Shown here piece after piece: positions 54,673 through 62,468 of a stretch of DNA of 64,000 nt. The translations under genes and the position numbers were made by a program. The notes under the pieces were generated by a model that saw only the letters and a program-made list of their open reading frames with translations, had not been told where the DNA came from and did no database searches. Source of the stretch: Clostridia bacterium (GTDB lineage: Bacteria; Bacillota; Clostridia; RUG12999); the NCBI GenBank assembly GCA_017467445.1, contig JAFTSG010000014.1:19198-83197 (forward strand), given 5' to 3'. How positions within the stretch are numbered: position 1 is the stretch's first letter; each line of letters starts with the position of its first letter.

Positions 54673-54702
54673 TTGACAAGAAAGTGTTTCATATGGTATG
54701 AT
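54673..54702 (+). promoter_or_regulatory. Sigma-A-type promoter of the kinase-PqqD pair
   Basis: TTGACA-18 nt-(TGg)TATGAT. The -35 lies in an inverted repeat, GTCAAC...GTTGAC. Confidence 0.55.
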
Positions 54703-54737
54703 AAATGTATTACATTATCAGGGTGAGGAGGTATGTT

Positions 54738-55598
54738 ATGAATTATTACAAAATTGCCGGAATTACATTTGCACTGTCCGGCTTTGAATACGAGTATTTC
54801 AAAGACAGAATGAAAGCATATGAAATATCCGGAGCTCCCACTCCTGACGTTACGGTGTATTACGAACAAGTCCTTTTCCCAATACAAAAACCCGATTATA
54901 AACATATAGTAACAACAGGCGGATTCCGCGAATATTTTTCCGACGGCGGAGGATACATTTTTTACGATAAATTTGAAAACGATTCTCAGTCGTGTGCAAA
55001 GGTTGAAATAAACGCTGATGCATCTGTTGTTCATACCGCACTTTACGATATTGAGGATATCGGCGGTGCACCTGTTGATGTTCGCTGTTTCAATATGCTT
55101 GGCGAGGTTTTTCGTTACTGCATTTTAAAACGAAATGGTATGGTAGTACATTCCTCCAGTATTTGTCATAACGGGGCGGGAATTATATTTTCAGCTCCGT
55201 CAGGAACAGGAAAATCAACTCACACATCTCTATGGATGAAATATTACGGCGACAATACACAAATGATTAATGACGATTGTCCCGCCATAACATTTGGCAA
55301 ATCGGTTCCATATGTGAACGGTACGCCGTGGAGTGGCAAAACCAACATAAATTTCAATATTTCAGCACCGCTTCGTGCAGTTGTTCTTCTTCAGCAGAAG
55401 CCCGAAAACAAAATTCAGCGAATAAGTGTTGATGAGGCAATATTCCGCCTGCTTCACGAGGTTACAAGACCGGCATACAAAGACCTTATGAACCAGACAC
55501 TTGGGAATATAGAAAAAATCGTTACAAGCACACCCGTTTATCTGCTTGGTTGCACAATAGATAAAGAGGCAGTGGATCTTGTGCGCCGAATTATATAA
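54738..55598 (+). CDS. HPr-kinase-C-terminal-domain-like P-loop protein (RiPP-type HprK-related kinase)
   Basis: P-loop SAPSGTGKSTHT preceded by VVHSSSI..NGAGIIF, as in the HprK C-domain. SD GAGGAGG lies 7 nt before the ATG at 54738. Confidence 0.7.
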   Translation: MNYYKIAGITFALSGFEYEYFKDRMKAYEISGAPTPDVTVYYEQVLFPIQKPDYKHIVTTGGFREYFSDGGGYIFYDKFENDSQSCAKVEINADASVVHTALYDIEDIGGAPVDVRCFNMLGEVFRYCILKRNGMVVHSSSICHNGAGIIFSAPSGTGKSTHTSLWMKYYGDNTQMINDDCPAITFGKSVPYVNGTPWSGKTNINFNISAPLRAVVLLQQKPENKIQRISVDEAIFRLLHEVTRPAYKDLMNQTLGNIEKIVTSTPVYLLGCTIDKEAVDLVRRII

Positions 55599-55621
55599 TA
55601 ATACGAAAGAGGTATTTATCA

Positions 55622-55885
55622 ATGAAAGTAAAAGATAGTTTTGTACTCAGAAAAATTGCCGGAAGCAACGTGGTTGTTCCAATCGGCAGCGAAACAGCTG
55701 ATTTCAACGGAATGATGACACTTAACGAAACCGGCGCAATGCTTTTCGGAATGCTTAACAAGGACCGGTCAATTGAGGACCTTACAAATGCAATGCTTTC
55801 CGAGTATGACGTTTCAGCTGCTGAAGCCGAAACAGACGTAAAAGCTTTTATTGAAACGCTTGAAAAAGCAGGAATGCTTGAATAG
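55622..55885 (+). CDS. PqqD-family protein (RiPP recognition element-like)
   Basis: 87 aa. FVLRKIAGSNVVVPIG, then LNETGAMLFGML...SIEDLTNAMLSEYDV...AETDVKAFIETLEKAGML, the typical PqqD/RRE layout. Confidence 0.8.
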   Translation: MKVKDSFVLRKIAGSNVVVPIGSETADFNGMMTLNETGAMLFGMLNKDRSIEDLTNAMLSEYDVSAAEAETDVKAFIETLEKAGMLE

Positions 55886-55886
55886 A

Positions 55887-55911
55887 AAATGCGCCGAAAG
55901 GCGCTTTTTTT
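55887..55911 (+). terminator. Intrinsic terminator after the PqqD gene
   Basis: aaaaTGCGCCgaaaGGCGCttttttt. Confidence 0.75.
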
Positions 55912-55986
55912 ATTCACCAAATCATCCTCCTTATTCATATAATATAACAGGGATTTTTCCCTACAATATAAAAAGGAGGTTTTTTT

Positions 55987-56415
55987 ATGAACAACACTTC
56001 AAATGCACTTGGTTTTGTGCTTATATCGCTTGTCAGCATAGTGGTTGCCACTGCTGTAACCCTGCTGTTTGCTTTTGGTTTTCTTCCCACTTTGGCCACA
56101 TCGGTCATTTATATAAATGTAACAAGTATTCTGCTTCTTGCCCTTACGCTTGTTTTTGCGTTTATCCTTTATTTAAAACGTGGATGTACGCCTTCAAATG
56201 TGGTAGATAATTTGCGCGCCCTTATTATCCTGTCAGCTATAAGTATTATCCTTGGGTTTGTTACTGCAGGGCTTGCACTTGCGGCAACTGCCGTAGCATC
56301 AATAATTCTGGTTGCGCTTTTAAGTCTTGCTTTCACGGCAACTCTTTTTACAGCAGTAAAACTTGTTTTTGATTTCTTAAATAAATGCAACACATCCTGT
56401 GGCTGCAGAGACTGA
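55987..56415 (+). CDS. Four-TM membrane protein with a C-terminal Cys cluster (KCNTSCGCRD)
   Basis: SD AAAAGGAGG, four hydrophobic helices, and a short cytoplasmic or external Cys-rich tail. No family recognised. Confidence 0.6.
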   Translation: MNNTSNALGFVLISLVSIVVATAVTLLFAFGFLPTLATSVIYINVTSILLLALTLVFAFILYLKRGCTPSNVVDNLRALIILSAISIILGFVTAGLALAATAVASIILVALLSLAFTATLFTAVKLVFDFLNKCNTSCGCRD

Positions 56416-56418
56416 TAT

Positions 56419-56457
56419 AAAAAAGCACTTGCCATCCGGCAAGTGCTTTTCTTTTTT
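56419..56457 (+). terminator. Intrinsic terminator of the membrane-protein gene
   Basis: aaaaaAGCACTTGCCatccGGCAAGTGCTtttctttttt. Confidence 0.8.
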
Positions 56458-56574
56458 GCACCTCCGGCCGGAATTTATCGCGCTTCGCTTGGAGAAATGG
56501 CGTAACGCTCCACCGGAGCCTTCCTTTGTCGCTCGCTAAAGCTCGCTCCCATTTCTGGTTCGATTCCTTCCCAC
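56458..56574 (+). other. GC-rich structured segment ending in a tRNA T-arm-like fragment (GGTTCGATTCCTTCC)
   Basis: The segment is markedly more GC-rich than its surroundings. Internal pairings are CTCCGG/CCGGAG and AGAAATGG/CCATTTCT. A 15-nt stretch is the exact inverted copy of the T-arm of the adjacent tRNA-Arg. Confidence 0.4.
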
Positions 56575-56609
56575 AAAAAAACAGATATCCTTTTGGATAT
56601 CTGCTTTTT
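56575..56609. terminator. Bidirectional terminator downstream of tRNA-Arg
   Basis: aaaaaaaCAGATATCCttttGGATATCTGctttttt. Confidence 0.75.
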
Positions 56610-56686
56610 TGGCGTGCATGGAAGGAATCGAACCCTCGGCCTACCCCTTAGGAGGGGGTCGCTCTATCCTACTGAGCTACATACAC
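56610..56686 (-). tRNA. tRNA-Arg (anticodon CCU), CCA encoded
   Basis: The 77-nt minus strand folds as a cloverleaf by hand. Acceptor GTGTATG/CATGCAC, D-arm GCTC..GAGC, anticodon stem ACCCC/GGGGT with loop CTCCTAA, T-arm GAGGG-TTCGATT-CCTTC, and GCCA tail. Confidence 0.9.
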
Positions 56687-56700
56687 AAATAAACATATAT

Positions 56701-56729
56701 ATTTTACCTGTTTTGCCTCCCCTTGTCAA
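56701..56729 (-). promoter_or_regulatory. Sigma-A-type promoter of tRNA-Arg
   Basis: Minus strand TTGACA-17 nt-TAAAAT, ending about 14 nt upstream of the tRNA 5' end. Confidence 0.55.
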
Positions 56730-56844
56730 GTGGCGGCGTTAAATTTATAGCCTCAAAATATGCACATTTTCGCAACGCTATACATATTATATAGTAAACC
56801 TATACTTTGGAGTATCAGGTACATATTTTTAAGGAGGTTTTATT

Positions 56845-57669
56845 GTGAGTGTTGAAAACAATGCGCCGGTAGGCTGCATGGAAGACGCCGTATGCATTCA
56901 GGCTGAAAAGATTTACGACATTTGCAAAGATAAAGAGTGTCTTGAAGATTTGCGCGTTTATTTCTGCGAAAAAGACCAGGACAGAGTAGACCGTGCAACA
57001 TCCATAAAATTCAGACGTGCAGAAATTATATGGGTTACAACAGATGTTGAACAAGTGCCGTTCAACCGAGGTTATTACAGTGTTGATATTTGTTTCTATT
57101 TCAGAATCAACATTGAGCTTTGCCACGTGGGAAGACCCTGTTATGTTGACGGACTTGCAACATACACCAAAAAAGTAATTTTATATGGTTCAGAGGGTAG
57201 TGCTTATATGTTTACATCCGAGTACCGCGGCGGTCCCGATGTGTTTGAACCGAAAAGCACAAACTTACCGAAAGCGGTTGTTGAGGTAGTTGACCCGATT
57301 GCACTTGATGCAAAACTGGTTGACGCATGCTGTGATCAGGAATGCCGCCGCCATGACGCGGACTGCGAAGATGATAAAAACCGCATTCCCGAATGCATCT
57401 GCAACCTGTTCGGTGGCGAGCTGGGTCAGTTTGATGACCGCAAGCGTGTATATGTAACAATAGGTATTTTCGTTATTGTACGTTTACAGCGCAGTGCACA
57501 GCTTATGGTTCCCAGCTACGATTACTGCATTCCCGATAAGGAATGTGTATCAACATCGGCAAACGATGATGACCCGTGTTCATTATTCGAAAAAATCCAA
57601 TTCCCGTATGACGAGTTCTATCCGCCGAAAGATTGCGAAGATAACCGTTGCGGTTCCAAAGGAATTTAA
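56845..57669 (+). CDS. Cysteine-rich acidic protein (19 Cys in 274 aa), possible spore coat/exosporium component
   Basis: GTG start 7 nt after AAGGAGG. Clustered CxxxxC/CC motifs. A mother-cell-type promoter match lies upstream and a terminator at 57674-57700. Confidence 0.65.
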   Translation: MSVENNAPVGCMEDAVCIQAEKIYDICKDKECLEDLRVYFCEKDQDRVDRATSIKFRRAEIIWVTTDVEQVPFNRGYYSVDICFYFRINIELCHVGRPCYVDGLATYTKKVILYGSEGSAYMFTSEYRGGPDVFEPKSTNLPKAVVEVVDPIALDAKLVDACCDQECRRHDADCEDDKNRIPECICNLFGGELGQFDDRKRVYVTIGIFVIVRLQRSAQLMVPSYDYCIPDKECVSTSANDDDPCSLFEKIQFPYDEFYPPKDCEDNRCGSKGI

Positions 57670-57673
57670 GGTA

Positions 57674-57700
57674 AAAAAGCAGGTGCACGCACCTGCTTTC
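57674..57700 (+). terminator. Intrinsic terminator of the Cys-rich protein gene
   Basis: aaaaaaGCAGGTGCacgcACCTGCtttc. Confidence 0.7.
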
Positions 57701-57770
57701 ATTATTTATATGACTAAGTTAGTGATGAAATTAGCAAAATAAAAATTAATCTTTATTTTTTCAAAATCTA

Positions 57771-57799
57771 TTGATAATACTGAAACAATGTGTTACAAT
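57771..57799 (+). promoter_or_regulatory. Sigma-A-type promoter (extended -10) of trkAH
   Basis: TTGATA-17 nt-(TGt)TACAAT. Confidence 0.55.
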
Positions 57800-57834
57800 A
57801 TGTATAAATATTAGATTGACAAAGGGGTAACAGT

Positions 57835-59220
57835 ATGAATATTATCATAGTAGGCTGCGGAAAAGTTGGCGGCACAATAGCCCAGCAGCTTGCAAGCGAA
57901 AACCATGATATTGTTATTGTAGATAATGACAGTGAAAGACTTCATCAGGTTGGCGATATGCTTGATGTAATGTGTGTTCACGGTAACGGCGGAAGTGCCA
58001 CCGTTCTTGAAGAGGCAGGGGCAAAAACCTGTGACCTTCTTATTGCCGTAACCTTATCGGACGAGCTTAATCTTCTTACTTGTCTTATTGCAAAAAAGCT
58101 TGGCGCAGCAAACACTATTGCCAGAGTACGAAACCCTATTTATTCAGACGGAATATCTCTTATTAAAGATGACCTTGGTCTCAGCATGATAATCAATCCG
58201 GAACTTGCAGCAGCAAGTGAAATTTCAAGAACTCTTCGTTTCCCGTCGGCAATCAAGGTTGAAACCTTTGCAAAAAGCAGGGTCGAAGTTATTAACTTCC
58301 GTATTACACCGGGCAACATTCTTTGCGGTGTTAAAATTGAAAACTTAAAATCTACAATAAAATCCGATATTTTTATATGTGCAATCCAGCGCGGTAACGA
58401 CGTATTTATACCTAACGGTTCTACCGAGCTTATGCCCAACGACGTGATTTCGTTCCTTGCTTCTCCAGCCAGCGCTCACGAATTTTTCAAAAAAATTGGT
58501 GCTTCCTCGCATAAAATCAGGGATATGATAATTATTGGCGGCGGCAGACTTACTTATTATCTTACAAAAATGCTGCTGCAGGTTGGAATACGCGTTAAAA
58601 TAATCGAAGAAAATCTTAAGAGATGCGAAGAACTTAGCGAGCTTCTGCCCGATGCAATGATAATTCACGGGGACGGAACGGATAACGAGCTTCTTCACGA
58701 AGAGGGAATTGAAGAGGCAGATGCCGTTGCAACCCTTACAGGTCTTGACGAGCAGAACGTAATTATGTCCTTATATGCTGCACAAAATTCTCCAAACGCA
58801 AAAATATTTACCAAAATCAAACATTTTGATTTTGATGATATGCTTAAATCTATGGATATCGGCAGTGTTATATATCCAAAATATATCACCGCTGACCATA
58901 TAATCAAATACGTTCGTGTTATGCAGAATTCCATAGGCAGTAACGTTGAAACTCTGCATCATATAATTGACGATAAGGTTGAAGTTCTTGAATTCCGTAT
59001 CCGTGAACAATCCGATATGCTCTCTGTTCCCATTGAACAGCTTAAGATACGCTCCGGTGTTCTTATTGCCTGCATAAACCGTGGAGGCAAAGGATTTATT
59101 CCGGGTGGTAAAGATACTATTGAAATGGGCGATACCGTTATAATTGTAACAACAAACAAGGGGCTTTATGATATTGAAAATATATTAAGTCTTAAACCCG
59201 CCCATGCCGATAGCGTATAG
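57835..59220 (+). CDS. trkA: Trk potassium uptake system NAD-binding protein TrkA (two RCK modules)
   Basis: MNIIIVGCGKVGG and a second IIIGGGRL Rossmann motif, plus TrkA-C domains. Confidence 0.92.
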   Translation: MNIIIVGCGKVGGTIAQQLASENHDIVIVDNDSERLHQVGDMLDVMCVHGNGGSATVLEEAGAKTCDLLIAVTLSDELNLLTCLIAKKLGAANTIARVRNPIYSDGISLIKDDLGLSMIINPELAAASEISRTLRFPSAIKVETFAKSRVEVINFRITPGNILCGVKIENLKSTIKSDIFICAIQRGNDVFIPNGSTELMPNDVISFLASPASAHEFFKKIGASSHKIRDMIIIGGGRLTYYLTKMLLQVGIRVKIIEENLKRCEELSELLPDAMIIHGDGTDNELLHEEGIEEADAVATLTGLDEQNVIMSLYAAQNSPNAKIFTKIKHFDFDDMLKSMDIGSVIYPKYITADHIIKYVRVMQNSIGSNVETLHHIIDDKVEVLEFRIREQSDMLSVPIEQLKIRSGVLIACINRGGKGFIPGGKDTIEMGDTVIIVTTNKGLYDIENILSLKPAHADSV

Positions 59221-59231
59221 GAGAGCCGAAT

Positions 59232-60671
59232 ATGAACTATAAACTTCTTCTGAAAATAAACGGCAAGCTTTTAATGCTTGAAGCGGCCTTTATGCTGCTC
59301 CCCGTTATAACGGCACTGATTTACCGCGAATCATCAGGGCTGTCCTTTTTGCCTGTAATTGCACTTCTTCTTATTATAGGAATCCCTTTAAGCAGGCTTA
59401 ATCCCAGACGAACTGAAATGTATGCAAGAGAGGGACTTGCCATTGTTGCAACCTCATGGATACTGATGAGTCTTGCAGGTGCACTGCCGTTTTATATAAG
59501 CCGTGAAATTCCGGTTTTTATAGATGCCTTTTTTGAAACGGCGTCCGGTTTTACAACAACCGGTGCAAGCATACTTGATGATGTTGAGACGTTAAGTCAC
59601 TCAATGCTTTTCTGGCGAAGCTTTACTCATTGGGTAGGCGGAATGGGCGTTCTGGTATTTATTCTTGCCATCGCTCCTCTTGCCGGTAGCTACACCGTCA
59701 ACTTAATGCGTGCGGAAAGCCCAGGACCTCAGGTTGAAAAGGTAACGCCAAAAATCGGTTCAACAGCAAAGCTGCTGTATCTGATATATGCCTTTCTTAC
59801 ACTTTTGCAGTTTGTGCTTATGTGTGCGGGCGGTATGCCTGTGTTTGACTCTCTTCTTACGGCTTTCGGTACAGCCGGAACCGGTGGATTCGGAGTAAAA
59901 AACTCAAGTATAGCAGACTACAGTACTTACATTCAAAGCGTAATAACAGTATTTATGCTTTTATACGGTGTAAACTTCAGCATATATTATATGATACTGC
60001 TGAAAAAAATAAAGCCGGTATTCAAAAACGAAGAACTTCGTTTTTATCTTGGAATAGTTGCTGTAGCAATAATTCTTATTACTGCAAATGTTGCCAACCG
60101 ATTTGAAACCCTGTATGAAGCGTTCCACCATTCGGCATTTCAGGTTGCGGCAATAATTTCAACAACGGGTTTTACAACCGTTAATTTTAATGATTGGCCG
60201 TCATTTTCAAAATCAATTCTTGTGCTTCTTATGCTTTTCGGTGCATCGGCAGGAAGTACCGGCGGCGGTATGAAAATTTCGCGTATTCTTATTATGCTGA
60301 AATTTATCGGCATAGAAGCTGTAAGGCTTATTCATCCAAGAAAAGTAAACACTATTTCCATAGATGGACACAAAGTTGAATACGAGATGCTTAAAAATAT
60401 ATTCCTGTATTTTCTGTGTTATGCCGGACTTTTAGCTCTGTCCGTTCTTATTATTTCCCTTGACGGATACAGTTTTACAACAAACGTTACTGCAACAATA
60501 TCGGCACTCAGTAATATTGGACCTTACGTTGATGCAATAAATGATGCATGGAATTTCTCATCATTTTCACTTATTTCCAAACTTGTACTTACAATAGATA
60601 TGATTTTCGGCAGGCTTGAAATACTGCCGGTATTAATACTATTTGTACCTGATACATGGCGACGCAAGTAA
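59232..60671 (+). CDS. trkH: Trk/Ktr potassium transporter membrane subunit TrkH
   Basis: Four MPM repeats with selectivity-filter-like TTTGAS, GTGGFG, STTGFT and STGGGMK. Confidence 0.92.
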   Translation: MNYKLLLKINGKLLMLEAAFMLLPVITALIYRESSGLSFLPVIALLLIIGIPLSRLNPRRTEMYAREGLAIVATSWILMSLAGALPFYISREIPVFIDAFFETASGFTTTGASILDDVETLSHSMLFWRSFTHWVGGMGVLVFILAIAPLAGSYTVNLMRAESPGPQVEKVTPKIGSTAKLLYLIYAFLTLLQFVLMCAGGMPVFDSLLTAFGTAGTGGFGVKNSSIADYSTYIQSVITVFMLLYGVNFSIYYMILLKKIKPVFKNEELRFYLGIVAVAIILITANVANRFETLYEAFHHSAFQVAAIISTTGFTTVNFNDWPSFSKSILVLLMLFGASAGSTGGGMKISRILIMLKFIGIEAVRLIHPRKVNTISIDGHKVEYEMLKNIFLYFLCYAGLLALSVLIISLDGYSFTTNVTATISALSNIGPYVDAINDAWNFSSFSLISKLVLTIDMIFGRLEILPVLILFVPDTWRRK

Positions 60672-60684
60672 ATATAAACACCAA

Positions 60685-60718
60685 AGGCTGAAGCAAAGCT
60701 TCAGCCTTTATTTTTATG
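60685..60718. terminator. Bidirectional terminator (trkH / sipL-like gene)
   Basis: AAAGGCTGAAGcaaaGCTTCAGCCTTTatttttat. Confidence 0.75.
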
Positions 60719-62249
60719 CTTTTGGTATCAATATCTGCATACCCTCGGTAAGATATTCTCCTTCTAAATTGTTAAGTTTACGTATATATTCTTCCTTTGT
60801 GTGATAGCGTTTTGCAATATCCCACAAGGTATCGCCCTTTTGAATGAAATAAAGCACAATAGACGGGCTATCCTCCTGGTCAAATTCTTCTTCGGAAATA
60901 TCTGATATTACATTAACCGTATTTTTCCCAAATGATGCCGCACTTACCATAAGCACCATACGAAGTTCAATTTCGCCTGCTGCATTAAGGTTATAACTGA
61001 TATGGTTTATCGTAATTTTACCGCGCACCTTATCCCCTGCTAATGCGCCCGGTGCATCAAGCACAATGGAAAACGGCACTTCTGTTTTGAAGTTATAAAC
61101 CGGACTGTCTTCTTTTGAAGATATGTAAAGAATGTATGCATCAATAACACCTTCAAGCATAATTTTGCCATACTGCGATGTGCCAGTGGAAATGTAAGGT
61201 TTTGCAACTACATTATATATATGGCTTATCGGCGGTATACCCTCCGTCGGCATTACATTTTCTTTTATTGTATGTGATACATCAATATTGCTTGTTAAAG
61301 TATCAACCTCTATGTTATTGCTGTTTATATTCAACTTTTTTGATGTTGAATACACATCGGCAATTATATCCTCATTAACTTTTTCATCTGAAGATATACT
61401 GACCCCCAATTTTATATCACAATCAAGCATCCGCAAATCCCCGTCTGCATCCGGAATTGCATTAACACTGCTTTTTATTACCTGAAAATCAATGTTATTG
61501 TAATTATCCTCCGAAATTCCCTGCGCATCAATTATTTCGGTAAACGGCAAACAGTTTTCTACAGAAGTTGCCATTCCGTCGCCTTCGGAAATATAAAGGC
61601 TGCAAATAGAAAGCTCGCCTTTTGCAACAATTTTGCCGGCAATAACTTTAATTTCTTTATTACGAAGAGCTACATCAGATTTAAGCAGGGTTTCAATGGT
61701 CGGTTTTCCCTGCGGAATTGTAAGTTCATCCGTCAGCTTTATTTCGTCATTTTTCTGAACTGCGCGGCAAAGTCCGCACATTCTTTCTTTTTTCATCATA
61801 ACGTCCTCACCTTCCATATCGATAGGTATGGAAAGCGGCAGTTTTTCCATAATATGCGTATCTATTCCTACAACAGCTTTAATATTGATTTTTCTGCTAT
61901 TGATAAGATTAAATTCAAGATGCTCAACATCTGCTACTGCATCCATAAACATTCCGCTCTTTGTAAGAGGGTGATTTTCGCTATCAATAAAATCCGCCGA
62001 TGCCGACAGACTGCATACTCCTTTTGCACTTTCCGGAACATACAAAACTGTAAAATCAACCCTGCCTCCTACATTATAGCCTCCGTCTATCACCTCTTTT
62101 TTATTTAAGGCAACAACTGCATCTGTCTGTAGAATTTTCAGCAAATCAGGTTTTACATCCGGAACGATAATGTCACATTCAACAACAACGGACGAACCTG
62201 TTTCTACTGCTGTTTTGTTAAGAACTATATCACTTTTTTTCATGTCCAT
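60714..62249 (-). CDS. DUF3794/SPOCS-repeat protein with a C-terminal LysM domain (SipL-like spore coat morphogenetic protein candidate)
   Basis: Repeated beta-rich modules (VPDVKPDLLKILQTDA...). The C-terminus YFIQKGDTLWDIAKRYHTKEEYIRKLNNL..ILIP is LysM. Confidence 0.65.
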   Translation of the reverse strand: MDMKKSDIVLNKTAVETGSSVVVECDIIVPDVKPDLLKILQTDAVVALNKKEVIDGGYNVGGRVDFTVLYVPESAKGVCSLSASADFIDSENHPLTKSGMFMDAVADVEHLEFNLINSRKINIKAVVGIDTHIMEKLPLSIPIDMEGEDVMMKKERMCGLCRAVQKNDEIKLTDELTIPQGKPTIETLLKSDVALRNKEIKVIAGKIVAKGELSICSLYISEGDGMATSVENCLPFTEIIDAQGISEDNYNNIDFQVIKSSVNAIPDADGDLRMLDCDIKLGVSISSDEKVNEDIIADVYSTSKKLNINSNNIEVDTLTSNIDVSHTIKENVMPTEGIPPISHIYNVVAKPYISTGTSQYGKIMLEGVIDAYILYISSKEDSPVYNFKTEVPFSIVLDAPGALAGDKVRGKITINHISYNLNAAGEIELRMVLMVSAASFGKNTVNVISDISEEEFDQEDSPSIVLYFIQKGDTLWDIAKRYHTKEEYIRKLNNLEGEYLTEGMQILIPKA

Positions 62250-62468
62250 ATTTTAATACCTCCGCCTTTTTATCTCTTGTTAAAAGGATATGCCATAAAT
62301 TTTCAATATATGCAAGCTTTATTATAATCCAGTAGATAAAAAACGTAAAAGACATTAAACTTAGCAGCAAAAACAGATACACATCTATCTCCTCCCCAAT
62401 ATATAATATGCAGAATAAACCGGGTACGCTATTACATATACATATATAAAAACCTTTGGAGATAAAAA

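Noticed and set aside
55591-55938. A 115-aa minus-strand ORF antisense to the PqqD gene, preceded by an AAGGAGG-like sequence.
   Set aside because: The SD-like sequence lies inside the ORF. The ORF runs through the PqqD terminator hairpin, and its Ser-rich composition is typical of an antisense frame.
56458-56574. An intact second tRNA gene on the plus strand.
   Set aside because: Only the T-loop and 3' T-stem are tRNA-like. The 5' T-stem (TCTGG) cannot pair with CCTTC, and no D-arm or acceptor stem can be formed.
57670-57834. A c-di-AMP (ydaO/kimA-type) riboswitch upstream of trkAH.
   Set aside because: The spacer is short and AT-rich. It contains only a terminator and a sigma-A promoter, with no conserved riboswitch blocks.
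62341-62400. A very strong SD (GGGGAGGAG) on the minus strand upstream of the sipL-like gene. It is followed by a 7-codon ORF (MCICFCC) and an overlapping 19-codon GTG ORF.
   Set aside because: Both frames terminate almost immediately. There is no independent evidence, and they are too short to call without conservation or ribosome-profiling data.
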